Assembly (NCBI GenBank): GCA_048883065.1
Contig: JBHLQZ010000001.1
Coordinates: forward strand, 1 to 54,936
Length of the DNA: 54,936 nt
Reading direction: 5' to 3'
Origin: Candidatus Thorarchaeota archaeon
Lineage (GTDB): Archaea > Asgardarchaeota > Heimdallarchaeia > Heimdallarchaeales > Heimdallarchaeaceae
The notes beneath the pieces were generated by a model. It saw only the letters and a program-made list of their open reading frames with translations, was not told where the DNA came from and did not search any database. Numbering within the stretch: position 1 is the first letter of the stretch; every line of letters starts with the position of its first letter. A program made the position numbers and the translations under genes. Below are positions 27,519-35,825 of this stretch, piece by piece.

Positions 27519-28001
27519 TTAAGCATTCCTCTTATTTTCAGGAGATTTAATAATTGAACTTGATACAAATATATCCGTACCAGCGATTAAAGCTAATAAT
27601 GTTGCATGACTAGGGATTACTTGAAATCGTTGTATTTCTGAAAAACCTTCAAGTCGAATTTCTACAGTTGCTTGATATGCATTTGAATATGGTATTACGG
27701 AATCAATAATGATTCTGTCAATAACACATATTTCGGGAATCAATTCAGCAATTGTAAGTCGAGAATCTGCCCCTTCTACAGCATTAATTTTTCTAGCAAT
27801 TTCTATAGCAATTGAAACAGGAATGTTAGTCATTAAGAAATTCTCCCCATTTTCTAATTCAAAATTCAAAAGAGGTATCTCTGGAAAATAACCTCTACTT
27901 TCTTCATCTTCAGAAATTGGGATGTCTGGAGTAGCTGTCAGAACTTCCACTTTAATTACTTTGAAAAGTTCAAAATCTTCAGAATGGGAGTTTTTCTCCA
28001 T
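27519..28001 (-). CDS. Divergent bifunctional-nuclease (BFN/DUF151)-like protein
   Basis: Block order resembles DUF151: NIPVSIAIEIA, SRLTIAELI, AYQATVEI, FQVIPSHATLLALIAGTDIFV. The usually conserved RP..HDL and DARPSDA residues are substituted. Confidence 0.45.
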   Translation of the reverse strand: MEKNSHSEDFELFKVIKVEVLTATPDIPISEDEESRGYFPEIPLLNFELENGENFLMTNIPVSIAIEIARKINAVEGADSRLTIAELIPEICVIDRIIIDSVIPYSNAYQATVEIRLEGFSEIQRFQVIPSHATLLALIAGTDIFVSSSIIKSPENKRNA

Positions 28002-28145
28002 GTGAAAACAGACTTTTCTATATACAAAAACGTTGAGTTAGTTTCCAGTATCGGAAATGGTCATTATAAGATAAGAAAGGAAAATGATTTATTATCTTAC
28101 ATCTTCCTAAGTTAAACAAAGTAGCATGAATAACAGGTTGCACTA

Positions 28146-28799
28146 ATGAAAATAAGGAAAATTCCTGAGAAAAAGTCCAAAGCTAATATAGAAACAATTC
28201 TCAAGTTATCTGTATCGGCATCATTAGCAAGTTTAGGAATTATTCTGTCTGCTATAGTGGTGTATATCCCCAATATTGAATTTATATCGGTGACAATCTT
28301 CCTAATTGCTCTCCTTTTCGGTCATTATTATGGAATAATAACAGCTGTTGCAATAACAATAGTGTATGAGTTTTTCGTTACTTCTATTTATGGCTCTGCA
28401 GGACTCTTAATTTTCTTCAAACTTTTTTGTTATGTATGTCTAGCTTTAATTGCTGGGTTAGGAAGAAAGTCCTTTCTAAAACTTTCATTTTGGGAGCTTG
28501 GAATTTTTGGCTCATTGTTTGCATTAATTTATGATATTGTTACAACTTTAGGAGCTCAATTAATAATTCTTCAATCAGAAATAACTCCCTATTACATATT
28601 TCTAGTTCTCATCACAGGAATACCATTTACAATTATCCACTTCTTGGGTAATTTTGCTCTGTTTAGTTTAACCAGAAATGCTATCAAATGGATCATTTCA
28701 GCTTTTAAACATAGAGGAATAAAATTGCTGATGATTCCAGCTTTTATGGAAATTAAAAAAGAGTCAACATCTCAACAAAAGGTAATTCAACATGAATAA
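28146..28799 (+). CDS. ECF-transporter S-component-like polytopic membrane protein
   Basis: About 6 TM helices in 217 aa, with topology and size typical of ECF substrate-capture proteins. Overlaps the DUF4430 gene by 8 nt. Confidence 0.45.
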   Translation: MKIRKIPEKKSKANIETILKLSVSASLASLGIILSAIVVYIPNIEFISVTIFLIALLFGHYYGIITAVAITIVYEFFVTSIYGSAGLLIFFKLFCYVCLALIAGLGRKSFLKLSFWELGIFGSLFALIYDIVTTLGAQLIILQSEITPYYIFLVLITGIPFTIIHFLGNFALFSLTRNAIKWIISAFKHRGIKLLMIPAFMEIKKESTSQQKVIQHE

Positions 28800-29214
28800 A
28801 ACACGAATCTTTCTTCTAAGTTTTGCCATTCTCAGTGTTATTCTCCTAAGTACAGGTTTATTTTTCTATGTGAAGTATGGAACAAAAACCAACAACGACG
28901 ATAATATTACGGTTTTGGCAATTATTGATTATGGAACGCTGAAACCAGATGATTATGAGGATTATAATGTCTCCACTACTAAAGGAAATTCAGCTCTACA
29001 GGTTTTCAATGAAATTGCTACATTGAGTTTAGTTAATTACTCATTTGGTGTGTATGTTAAAGGAGTAAATGGTTATACTGAGCAATTTCCAAATTACTGG
29101 GCTTTTTACTACTATAATCATGAACATCAAGCATGGAGTTATTCAGAAGTAGGTATCAGTAATTACTATGTAGAGGATGGAGATCGAATAAAATTAATGT
29201 ATACAAGTCAGTAA
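28792..29214 (+). CDS. DUF4430-domain protein (transcobalamin beta-domain-like), membrane-anchored
   Basis: N-terminal TM, then NSALQVFNEIA...FGVYVKGVNGY...YWAFYYYN...YYVEDGDRIKLMYT, matching the DUF4430 pattern (W.y.vNg...y.l.dGD.i.w.y). Confidence 0.55.
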   Translation: MNKTRIFLLSFAILSVILLSTGLFFYVKYGTKTNNDDNITVLAIIDYGTLKPDDYEDYNVSTTKGNSALQVFNEIATLSLVNYSFGVYVKGVNGYTEQFPNYWAFYYYNHEHQAWSYSEVGISNYYVEDGDRIKLMYTSQ

Positions 29215-29271
29215 AGGAAAAAACACTTACTAAAAATACAACAAGATGAAGATAAAACAAGGTGAAAACGA

Positions 29272-30171
29272 ATGACTGTTGAATCTCGACGATTCATATT
29301 AATTACCTTTCTAACCAAACGATCTATCGAATATGCTATATTGCCTGTTTTATTGTTTAGTTACTTAATTGGGGGATTTTATCAAAACTCTGATTTAAAA
29401 ATGAACTTGTTTCTTCCTGAAAACGGAGGAGGTTCAATACAGTTTGCTGAAGGTTTTATGCTTGTCTCTATCGCTGCAATAAGTGGTGCATTAATTGTTT
29501 TAGCTATAAAACTCAATCTGCTTAAAATCATAAAGATATTTTTCTCGTTTGGTCTTTTTGTTTCTTCAACAAGTGTTTTCTGGTTGCACGCATACTTCAT
29601 TAAGGTATACAAAACTGATGTAGCAAATTCTTCTGGGATTTTTTGGGTTGAAATAGTGTTCGGTATTTTCGGTAGTATTATAGGGATAATCGCTTGTTTG
29701 GTTTTTATTTTTGAGAAAGGAAAACAATTTCTAAGAAACACTATTATTTTGATATTAGGCTTTGCTATTGGATCAATTTTTGGTATAATTATGCACTATA
29801 TAACTTTTTTAACTCTAATTATTCTTATTTCACTTTTTGATATTTATTCTGTTTTTAGAGGACCAATTAGTAAGATATTCCAAAAAACTAATATCTCAAT
29901 TAAACCGGAAGAATCTGTATTTCATGAAAAGATAGTGGCTATAGGAATTGGTGATTTCATTTTTTATTCCTCTGTAGTAACTTTTTTTACAAGGGAACTT
30001 GGTCTGGCTTTAGGCTTTGGTTCTATAATTTGTCTTTTAGTTGGAGTAAAAGTAACAGAAAAAATGTTGCTAAAATATGGAAAATTTCCTGGACTTCCAC
30101 TTCCTGTATTTTTTACTTTAGCACTTGTTGGACTTGGTTGGTTAGTAAATTTGTATTTATTAACATTCTGA
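29272..30171 (+). CDS. Presenilin / signal-peptide-peptidase family (A22) intramembrane aspartyl protease homologue
   Basis: ISLFDIYSVFRGP is the YD-type first Asp. AIGIGDFIFYSSVV is the GxGD motif, nearly identical to presenilin GLGDFIFYS. KFPGLPLPVFF is PAL-like. The protein is polytopic, and the D190-D228-P273 spacing fits the family. Confidence 0.78.
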   Translation: MTVESRRFILITFLTKRSIEYAILPVLLFSYLIGGFYQNSDLKMNLFLPENGGGSIQFAEGFMLVSIAAISGALIVLAIKLNLLKIIKIFFSFGLFVSSTSVFWLHAYFIKVYKTDVANSSGIFWVEIVFGIFGSIIGIIACLVFIFEKGKQFLRNTIILILGFAIGSIFGIIMHYITFLTLIILISLFDIYSVFRGPISKIFQKTNISIKPEESVFHEKIVAIGIGDFIFYSSVVTFFTRELGLALGFGSIICLLVGVKVTEKMLLKYGKFPGLPLPVFFTLALVGLGWLVNLYLLTF

Positions 30172-30257
30172 TTTTATTGAAAGAAATCAAGTTTTCAGTA
30201 ACAAAAATCAAAAGGTTTAAAATGAGTGTCAAGGGGTATTGATTCGGTCGAAAAACA

Positions 30258-30671
30258 GTGTCATCGAGAAAATTTAGATACAGAGGATATTCATTAGATG
30301 AACTAAAACAGATGAGTATGGATGAGGTATTAGACTTACTACCTTCTCGAAGAAGAAGAAGTTTATCTCGCCAAGAATTTTGGACTCCAAGGAGAAAAAA
30401 ACTTCTGGAAGATATAAGAAGAGCTATTGAAGCTCAGGAAAAGGGAGAAAGAAATGTAGTAAGAACCCACGTTAGGGATATGCCAATCTTACCAGAAATG
30501 GTTGGAGCTATAGTTGGAGTGTATAATGGTAAAGAGTTTATAGAAGTCGAAATTCAACCCCAAATGATTGGACATCTGTTAGGAGAGTTCAGTCCCTCTA
30601 CTAAAATAGTTAGACATGGAGCACCTGGAATTGGGGCAACTAGATCTTCTCTTTATGTACCCTTAAAATAA
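30258..30671 (+). CDS. rps19: 30S ribosomal protein uS19 (S19P / eukaryotic S15 type)
   Basis: [13 protein letters not shown]...LPSRRRRSL...[36 protein letters not shown]......[16 protein letters not shown] is the archaeal uS19 pattern. GTG start. Confidence 0.92.
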   Translation: MSSRKFRYRGYSLDELKQMSMDEVLDLLPSRRRRSLSRQEFWTPRRKKLLEDIRRAIEAQEKGERNVVRTHVRDMPILPEMVGAIVGVYNGKEFIEVEIQPQMIGHLLGEFSPSTKIVRHGAPGIGATRSSLYVPLK

Positions 30672-30674
30672 CAA

Positions 30675-30680
30675 TTTTTT
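30675..30680 (+). terminator. Oligo-T tract (T6) 4 nt after the uS19 stop
   Basis: taaCAATTTTTTc. Confidence 0.3.
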
Positions 30681-30730
30681 CATCTTTTCTACTGAAATTT
30701 TTTAAACTAGTTAATTTCGTATTAAAAAGT

Positions 30731-31102
30731 ATGAGTCAACCGAATCAAGCAGAACCTCCTAAAGAAGTTAAAGAATCAAAAGCATTTCAAAGACTGGAAA
30801 AGAATTTGACTATTGATCTGCTTTGGATTTGGGTTTTAAAACTGCTAAAAGAAGGTCCGAAATACGCATATGAGTTGAAACAAGAGATACAAACCCGCTT
30901 TGGTTTTAGTCCTGCTACAGTTACAAACTATACTATATTATATCTATTAGAAAAAGAGGGTATTGTAACAAAAACAGAGTTAAGGAATGAGCATGAAAGA
31001 ATAGATCGAAAGTATTATGAAATCACAGAATTTGGGGAAAAACTCATGGAAGAAGCCAATCTATATCTCAATAACACAATAAAAAAACTCTTTCAAGAAT
31101 GA
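30731..31102 (+). CDS. PadR-family winged-helix transcriptional regulator
   Basis: LLWIWVLKLLKEGPKYAYELKQEI...SPATVTNYTILYLLEKEGIVT...RKYYEITEFGEKLMEE is the typical PadR pattern. Confidence 0.75.
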   Translation: MSQPNQAEPPKEVKESKAFQRLEKNLTIDLLWIWVLKLLKEGPKYAYELKQEIQTRFGFSPATVTNYTILYLLEKEGIVTKTELRNEHERIDRKYYEITEFGEKLMEEANLYLNNTIKKLFQE

Positions 31103-31199
31103 TTACTAAAACTATTTGTTTCTCACTCCTTTTTCAACAAATTTAAAAATTCTCATCTGACTTGGGAGATAGGTGTAGTTTTATGAAGGTGAAAATTTA

Positions 31200-31475
31200 A
31201 TGCCTAAAAAACGTAAAAGTGGTGGGAGATCGGGAGGAAAACGTGGCAGGGCACCAATGAAACATTGTCATGGCTGCGGCGCTCTCATTCCAGCTGATAA
31301 GGCTAAAAAATACACAATTTATAGCAGTCCAGTAGACTATAGATTAGCAAAGGAACTTAGAGATGAAGGAGCCCATATCCCTAGACAAAAGAAAATAGTT
31401 TATTATTGTGTATCTTGTTCTGTTCACAAAGGTAGGACACATATTAGACCAAAAGATGAAAGAAGAACAGGTTAA
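31200..31475 (+). CDS. rps26e: 30S ribosomal protein eS26
   Basis: Basic N-terminus PKKRKSGGRSGGKRGR, zinc-ribbon pairs CHGCG and CVSCSVH, and the IRPKDERR tail. 91 aa. Confidence 0.9.
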   Translation: MPKKRKSGGRSGGKRGRAPMKHCHGCGALIPADKAKKYTIYSSPVDYRLAKELRDEGAHIPRQKKIVYYCVSCSVHKGRTHIRPKDERRTG

Positions 31476-31484
31476 ATCCACTTC

Positions 31485-31496
31485 TTTTTTATTTTT
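31485..31496 (+). terminator. Two oligo-T tracts (T6, T5) after eS26
   Basis: cTTTTTTaTTTTTa lies 10 nt after the TAA. Confidence 0.3.
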
Positions 31497-31514
31497 ATTT
31501 TAGGAAGGAAAAAA

Positions 31515-32093
31515 ATGAATCTAACTTTCTTGATTCCATCACATACAATAAGAACAGACACAAAAAAATCAGTAAAATCTGTTATTGGAGGTCAAGAAAG
31601 AGTTGATGTTTTATCCAGATGTCTTTTGAATCTTTCTAGATGGAGAGGAAGACTAGACTCAGAAATTACTTTAATTCTCTTTCTTTCAAAACCAAATGAA
31701 CAAAAAGCATTCTTTATACCAATTTCATCACTTGAATTAAACTTAAAGAGTGAATTAGATTCAACTCTGAAATTGATTGAGATTCTATCTGCACCTAATG
31801 GGACAAATGTTTATGTAGAAAATATCAACTTTAATGATTTAATAAAAAAAATTACAAAAGAATCGAAATTATATTATCTTACTCCTGAAGGCTCTAAATT
31901 GTCTAAAATGAAGAAAATAAAAAATCAAAAGGAGAACTCATGCTTTGTTTTAGGAAGCCAATATGATTTAACAGAAGAACAAGAAGCATTGTTATCAAGA
32001 ATGGGTGCTATACCAATTAGTATAGGTAAAAAAAATTATTTGGCTTCTCATGTTATAACAATAGTTTGTCACCACTTATTCTTGATAAAATAA
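31515..32093 (+). CDS. trmY: SPOUT-type tRNA (pseudouridine54-N1)-methyltransferase TrmY-like
   Basis: GGQERVDVLSRCLLNL resembles GRxDvv.Rc. The C-terminal CFVLGSQYDLTEEQEALL...PISIGKKNYLASHVITIVCHHL matches the FvLGdh.gl...iSLGp..lhA.hci knot region. 192 aa. Confidence 0.6.
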   Translation: MNLTFLIPSHTIRTDTKKSVKSVIGGQERVDVLSRCLLNLSRWRGRLDSEITLILFLSKPNEQKAFFIPISSLELNLKSELDSTLKLIEILSAPNGTNVYVENINFNDLIKKITKESKLYYLTPEGSKLSKMKKIKNQKENSCFVLGSQYDLTEEQEALLSRMGAIPISIGKKNYLASHVITIVCHHLFLIK

Positions 32094-32160
32094 TCTGAAA
32101 AACTTAAAATAATCTATTTTTCAATAAAACTTTAATTCTTTAGACAAATCTCTACTTAGC

Positions 32161-32406
32161 ATGACAGAGGAAGAAAAACCTGTTATTTCAAAATTTATGA
32201 TTATTCTTGCATTCGTTTCCCCATTTCTTTTTAGTATTTGTGGAATGTTAATTGCTTATTTCACAACTAGAAAATCTTCTTCTACTGTTCAAAAAATTGC
32301 TTTAGTTGTTGCTACATCTATTGGTCTCTTTTTAGCAATTGGAACAATATTTGCTTTACAAAAAATAATCAATAGAAGAACGAAAACAGCAAGATTAGAA
32401 GAATGA
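32161..32406 (+). CDS. Small membrane protein (81 aa, 2 TM)
   Basis: Two hydrophobic helices separated by the basic loop TTRKSSSTVQK. No family recognised. Confidence 0.45.
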   Translation: MTEEEKPVISKFMIILAFVSPFLFSICGMLIAYFTTRKSSSTVQKIALVVATSIGLFLAIGTIFALQKIINRRTKTARLEE

Positions 32407-32490
32407 AATTTTATTCTAATATGTTGTTTAAGCATAAATTTTTTAAGAACTCAATGAAAAACTCAAAACAGAAGTGGTTAAGGGATTTTA

Positions 32491-33816
32491 ATGGAAGCAA
32501 AAAGAAGAAAAATAATAATTATGGGTGCTGCTGGAAGAGACTTTCATAATTTTAATACATATTACAAAGAAAATGAAATGTATGAAGTTATAGCATTCAC
32601 AGCAACCCAAATACCTGATATTGTAGATCGTAAATATCCTCCTGAATTATCTGGTCCTCTTTACCCAAACGGTGTTCCAATTTATGATGAAAGTGAATTG
32701 ACTGAATTAATCAAGAAACATGATATTGATGAGGTTATTTTTTCATATTCTGATGTATCTCATGAATATGTCATGCATAAAGCTTCTTTGGTGAATGCTT
32801 GTGGTCCAGCTTTTGTTTTATTAGGAACAAAAGGTACCATGATAAAATCAACCAAACCTATCATCAGTGTTTGTGCAGTTAGAACTGGAAGCGGTAAATC
32901 TCAAACTTCTCGTAAGATTGTACAAATACTTCAACAAGCTGGTAAAAAGATAGTTGCTATACGTCATCCTATGCCTTATGGAGACTTAGCAAAACAGGCA
33001 GTTCAAAGATTTGCTGATTATTCTGATTTAGATTTATATGATACAACAATTGAGGAAAGAGAAGAATATGAACCATACATTGATAAAGGATTGGTGATTT
33101 ACTCTGGAGTGGATTATGAAGCAATTTTAAGAGAAGCTGAAAAAGAAGCAGATGTGATTCTTTGGGATGGCGGAAACAATGATTTTTCTTTTTATCAACC
33201 TGATTTACAAATTGTTGTAGCCGATCCTCATAGAGTGGGACATGAGCTGACTTATCATCCTGGAGAAACAAATCTAAATCTTGCAGACGTTGTAATTGTA
33301 AACAAAATTACAACCACAGATTACAAGAATGTACTGCAACTCGAAGAAAACATAAGGATGGTTAATCCAACTGCCACTATTGTTGAGGCTTCTTCACCTA
33401 TATTTGTTGATAAACCTGAGTTAGTAAAAGGAAAAAGAGTCTTGGTAATCGAAGATGGTCCAACTTTAACTCATGGAGAAATGAAATATGGTGCTGGTGT
33501 TGTTGCTGCACGACGTTTTGGGGCTAAGGAGTTGGTAGATCCTCGTCCTTATCTTGTAGGTAGTATGAAAGAAACTTTCGAGCACTATCCTGATATTGGC
33601 ACTCTTCTTCCAGCTATGGGATATTTTGATCAACAACTAAAAGATTTGGAAGCTACAATAAATAAAACTGAATGTGATGTTGTGGTTTCAGCAACACCAA
33701 TAGATATAACACGTTTAGTTCAAGTAGATAAACCAATTATAAGAGTTAAGTATGAGCTTGAAGAAATTGGTTATCCTAAGTTAGTGGATATACTCAAGGA
33801 ATATGGCTTCTTATAA
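32491..33816 (+). CDS. COG2403-family P-loop protein (annotated in databases as predicted GTPase / cyclic 2,3-diphosphoglycerate synthetase-like)
   Basis: IIIMGAAGRDFHNFN, P-loop VRTGSGKSQT, and IRHPMPYGDL...TIEEREEYEP...WDGGNND...VINK, as I recall for this family. 441 aa. Confidence 0.6.
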   Translation: MEAKRRKIIIMGAAGRDFHNFNTYYKENEMYEVIAFTATQIPDIVDRKYPPELSGPLYPNGVPIYDESELTELIKKHDIDEVIFSYSDVSHEYVMHKASLVNACGPAFVLLGTKGTMIKSTKPIISVCAVRTGSGKSQTSRKIVQILQQAGKKIVAIRHPMPYGDLAKQAVQRFADYSDLDLYDTTIEEREEYEPYIDKGLVIYSGVDYEAILREAEKEADVILWDGGNNDFSFYQPDLQIVVADPHRVGHELTYHPGETNLNLADVVIVNKITTTDYKNVLQLEENIRMVNPTATIVEASSPIFVDKPELVKGKRVLVIEDGPTLTHGEMKYGAGVVAARRFGAKELVDPRPYLVGSMKETFEHYPDIGTLLPAMGYFDQQLKDLEATINKTECDVVVSATPIDITRLVQVDKPIIRVKYELEEIGYPKLVDILKEYGFL

Positions 33817-33827
33817 TTCTTTACACC

Positions 33828-33835
33828 TTTTTTTT
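33828..33835 (+). terminator. Oligo-T tract (T8) 12 nt after the stop
   Basis: acaccTTTTTTTTc. Confidence 0.35.
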
Positions 33836-33905
33836 CTTTACTTTAAATAAAATCGCAATCAAATGAATTTTATATCGCTTTCTTTTTCTCTCTAATAGAT
33901 ATTCT

Positions 33906-34715
33906 ATGACAAATACTGATAATTTCAATGATAATGATATCATTATTAACGATTCTTATGTATTGGTTGTACTAGATGAAAGAAAGAGATGGATAACAAA
34001 AGCAGTAAAAGGGAAACAATTTCAAACACATAAAGGTTACTTCGAATTTGATGATATCATAGGAAAACCATATGGGATAAAAATTCTTACAAGTAAAAAC
34101 ACACCGTTATATATATTCAAACCAATACCTAGTGACCTTCTATCTCAAGTTCCTCATAGTTCTCAAATTATTTACCCTAAAGATGCGGGTCTAATTCTAC
34201 TTTATGGAGGAATAAGCCCTGGTTCCAAAGTAATTGAAGCTGGGACTGGTAGTGGTGCTTTGACTTCAATTCTTGCAAATTACGTTCGACCAAATGGACA
34301 TGTATATACTTATGAAATCAGAGAAGATGCATATAAAACTTCTATGAAAAACATTGGAAATTTAGAATTAGAAAAATATGTTACTATCAAAAAACAAGAT
34401 GCATCATTAGGTTTTGAAGAAAAAAACGCAGATTCTGTAGTTTTGGATTTAGGAGATCCTTGGCAAATTGTACCTCACGCTTACGATTCTTTAAGGTCGA
34501 GTGGTTCTCTATCAATTTTCTTACCTACTTATAATCAAGTGGAAAAAACAATCAAAAAACTCAGAGAATCTTATTTTGGTGACATTATTGGAGTTGAGCT
34601 TATTGAACGTGAAATTCAACTTAAACCTGAAGCTATTAGACCAAAAACAAGAATGATAGGTCACACAGGTTTTATTATATTTGCGAGAAAAATGACTAGA
34701 GTAGAAGTACAATGA
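33906..34715 (+). CDS. trmI: tRNA (adenine57/58-N1)-methyltransferase TrmI (Gcd14 family)
   Basis: IIYPKDAGLILLYGGISPGSKVIEAGTGSGALTSILA is the SAM motif I. Also VVLDLGDPW and the C-terminal GHTGFIIFARK. Confidence 0.82.
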   Translation: MTNTDNFNDNDIIINDSYVLVVLDERKRWITKAVKGKQFQTHKGYFEFDDIIGKPYGIKILTSKNTPLYIFKPIPSDLLSQVPHSSQIIYPKDAGLILLYGGISPGSKVIEAGTGSGALTSILANYVRPNGHVYTYEIREDAYKTSMKNIGNLELEKYVTIKKQDASLGFEEKNADSVVLDLGDPWQIVPHAYDSLRSSGSLSIFLPTYNQVEKTIKKLRESYFGDIIGVELIEREIQLKPEAIRPKTRMIGHTGFIIFARKMTRVEVQ

Positions 34716-35176
34716 GAGTAATTTTCAGATGCAAAAACTGTGAAGTTATTAATGATATTCCAACCGAATATCAATTTAGATTCTGTAGAAATTGTGGAAA
34801 GATAGTAACCTATGCCCCAGGAGAAGCAATAATATCTGAAGAAAACGGTAATAATATTTTTTTCAACTCTAAACAACTCTCTAACTCCCTTGCTGTAGAT
34901 TTCTTTAACCTAGCGGATAAAGCTGAAAATTCTATATCTAAATTAGTAAACGAACATGAAAAAAAACAGACATCTTTGTTAGATTTGCAAGCTGCAAATA
35001 TGAGTGACACCATACTTTTAATTCTCAAACAGAGTAAAACAAATGAACTTGATGAGATTATTAGACATTGCTCAAATTTCAATATTAATATCTTAGAATT
35101 AGAAAAAATAGTGATTAAATTAAGAAAAGAAGGAATTATATTTTTGCCAAAAGGGTGGTTGATAAATCTAATATAG
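34712..35176 (+). CDS. Zinc-ribbon protein with a C-terminal winged-helix-like region (hypothetical)
   Basis: CKNCEVIN...FCRNCG (CxxC-x16-CxxC). ATGA overlap with the trmI stop. Confidence 0.5.
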   Translation: MRVIFRCKNCEVINDIPTEYQFRFCRNCGKIVTYAPGEAIISEENGNNIFFNSKQLSNSLAVDFFNLADKAENSISKLVNEHEKKQTSLLDLQAANMSDTILLILKQSKTNELDEIIRHCSNFNINILELEKIVIKLRKEGIIFLPKGWLINLI

Positions 35177-35183
35177 CATTATG

Positions 35184-35825
35184 TCAGTGCTTTCTTTTTG
35201 TGAATCTTTCTTTCAACCAGCCGTAAAGAATAATCACAACTACAATCGCAACGATAACACCAAAAGTAACACCTATACCTACTATTATACCTGAAGGACT
35301 AGTAATATCTATCACTGTAACTATGATATTTTCAGCTGCAGTAAAATTCCATGCTGGTGCTCCAAATTCAGTATCAGCATCATAAACATCTTCTACAACG
35401 AAATATACCGAAACATTATATGTTGATTCTGGATTTGTTATTTCATCTCTTAGTGTTCCAGTAAATGATTCTCTAGGACCTAAATTTCTATGATCTGCAT
35501 CTATACTTACTGAATAGTGTCTATTGAAACGATTGTTACCTTCCAGATGAATAAATTCTGCATTAAATGATAAAATAGTCGCATTTAAGTCACCATAATT
35601 TAAGACAGTACCATAAAAACTAATTGTTTCACCTCTAACAATATAGGTTGATGAGATATTACCATTAAAAGCTTGTATAACATTACTTTGTTCTATGTGA
35701 TTATCAGCAGGAACTGGTGTACTATTTTCTGCTATTGATGCATTTGTAAACGGAATAAGTAAAAATAAAAATAAAACTGTCAATAATCCAGTTTTCTTTG
35801 CGATCCCACTATTCATAATGATCAT
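35184..35825 (-). CDS. Secreted, C-terminally anchored surface protein (Ig-like/CARDB-like ectodomain suspected)
   Basis: Signal-like LLTVLFLFLLIPFTNASIA, several NxS/T sequons, and a C-terminal TM plus the basic tail KERFTKRKH. 4-nt overlap with the upstream gene. Confidence 0.55.
   Translation of the reverse strand: MIIMNSGIAKKTGLLTVLFLFLLIPFTNASIAENSTPVPADNHIEQSNVIQAFNGNISSTYIVRGETISFYGTVLNYGDLNATILSFNAEFIHLEGNNRFNRHYSVSIDADHRNLGPRESFTGTLRDEITNPESTYNVSVYFVVEDVYDADTEFGAPAWNFTAAENIIVTVIDITSPSGIIVGIGVTFGVIVAIVVVIILYGWLKERFTKRKH

Noticed and set aside
28067-28099. 8-bp inverted repeat TAAGATAA / TTATCTTA with a 17-nt loop upstream of the ECF-S-like gene.
   Set aside because: The stem is short and entirely A/T-rich apart from one G:C pair, so it is likely to arise by chance in this composition. 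No flanking conserved riboswitch features are present.
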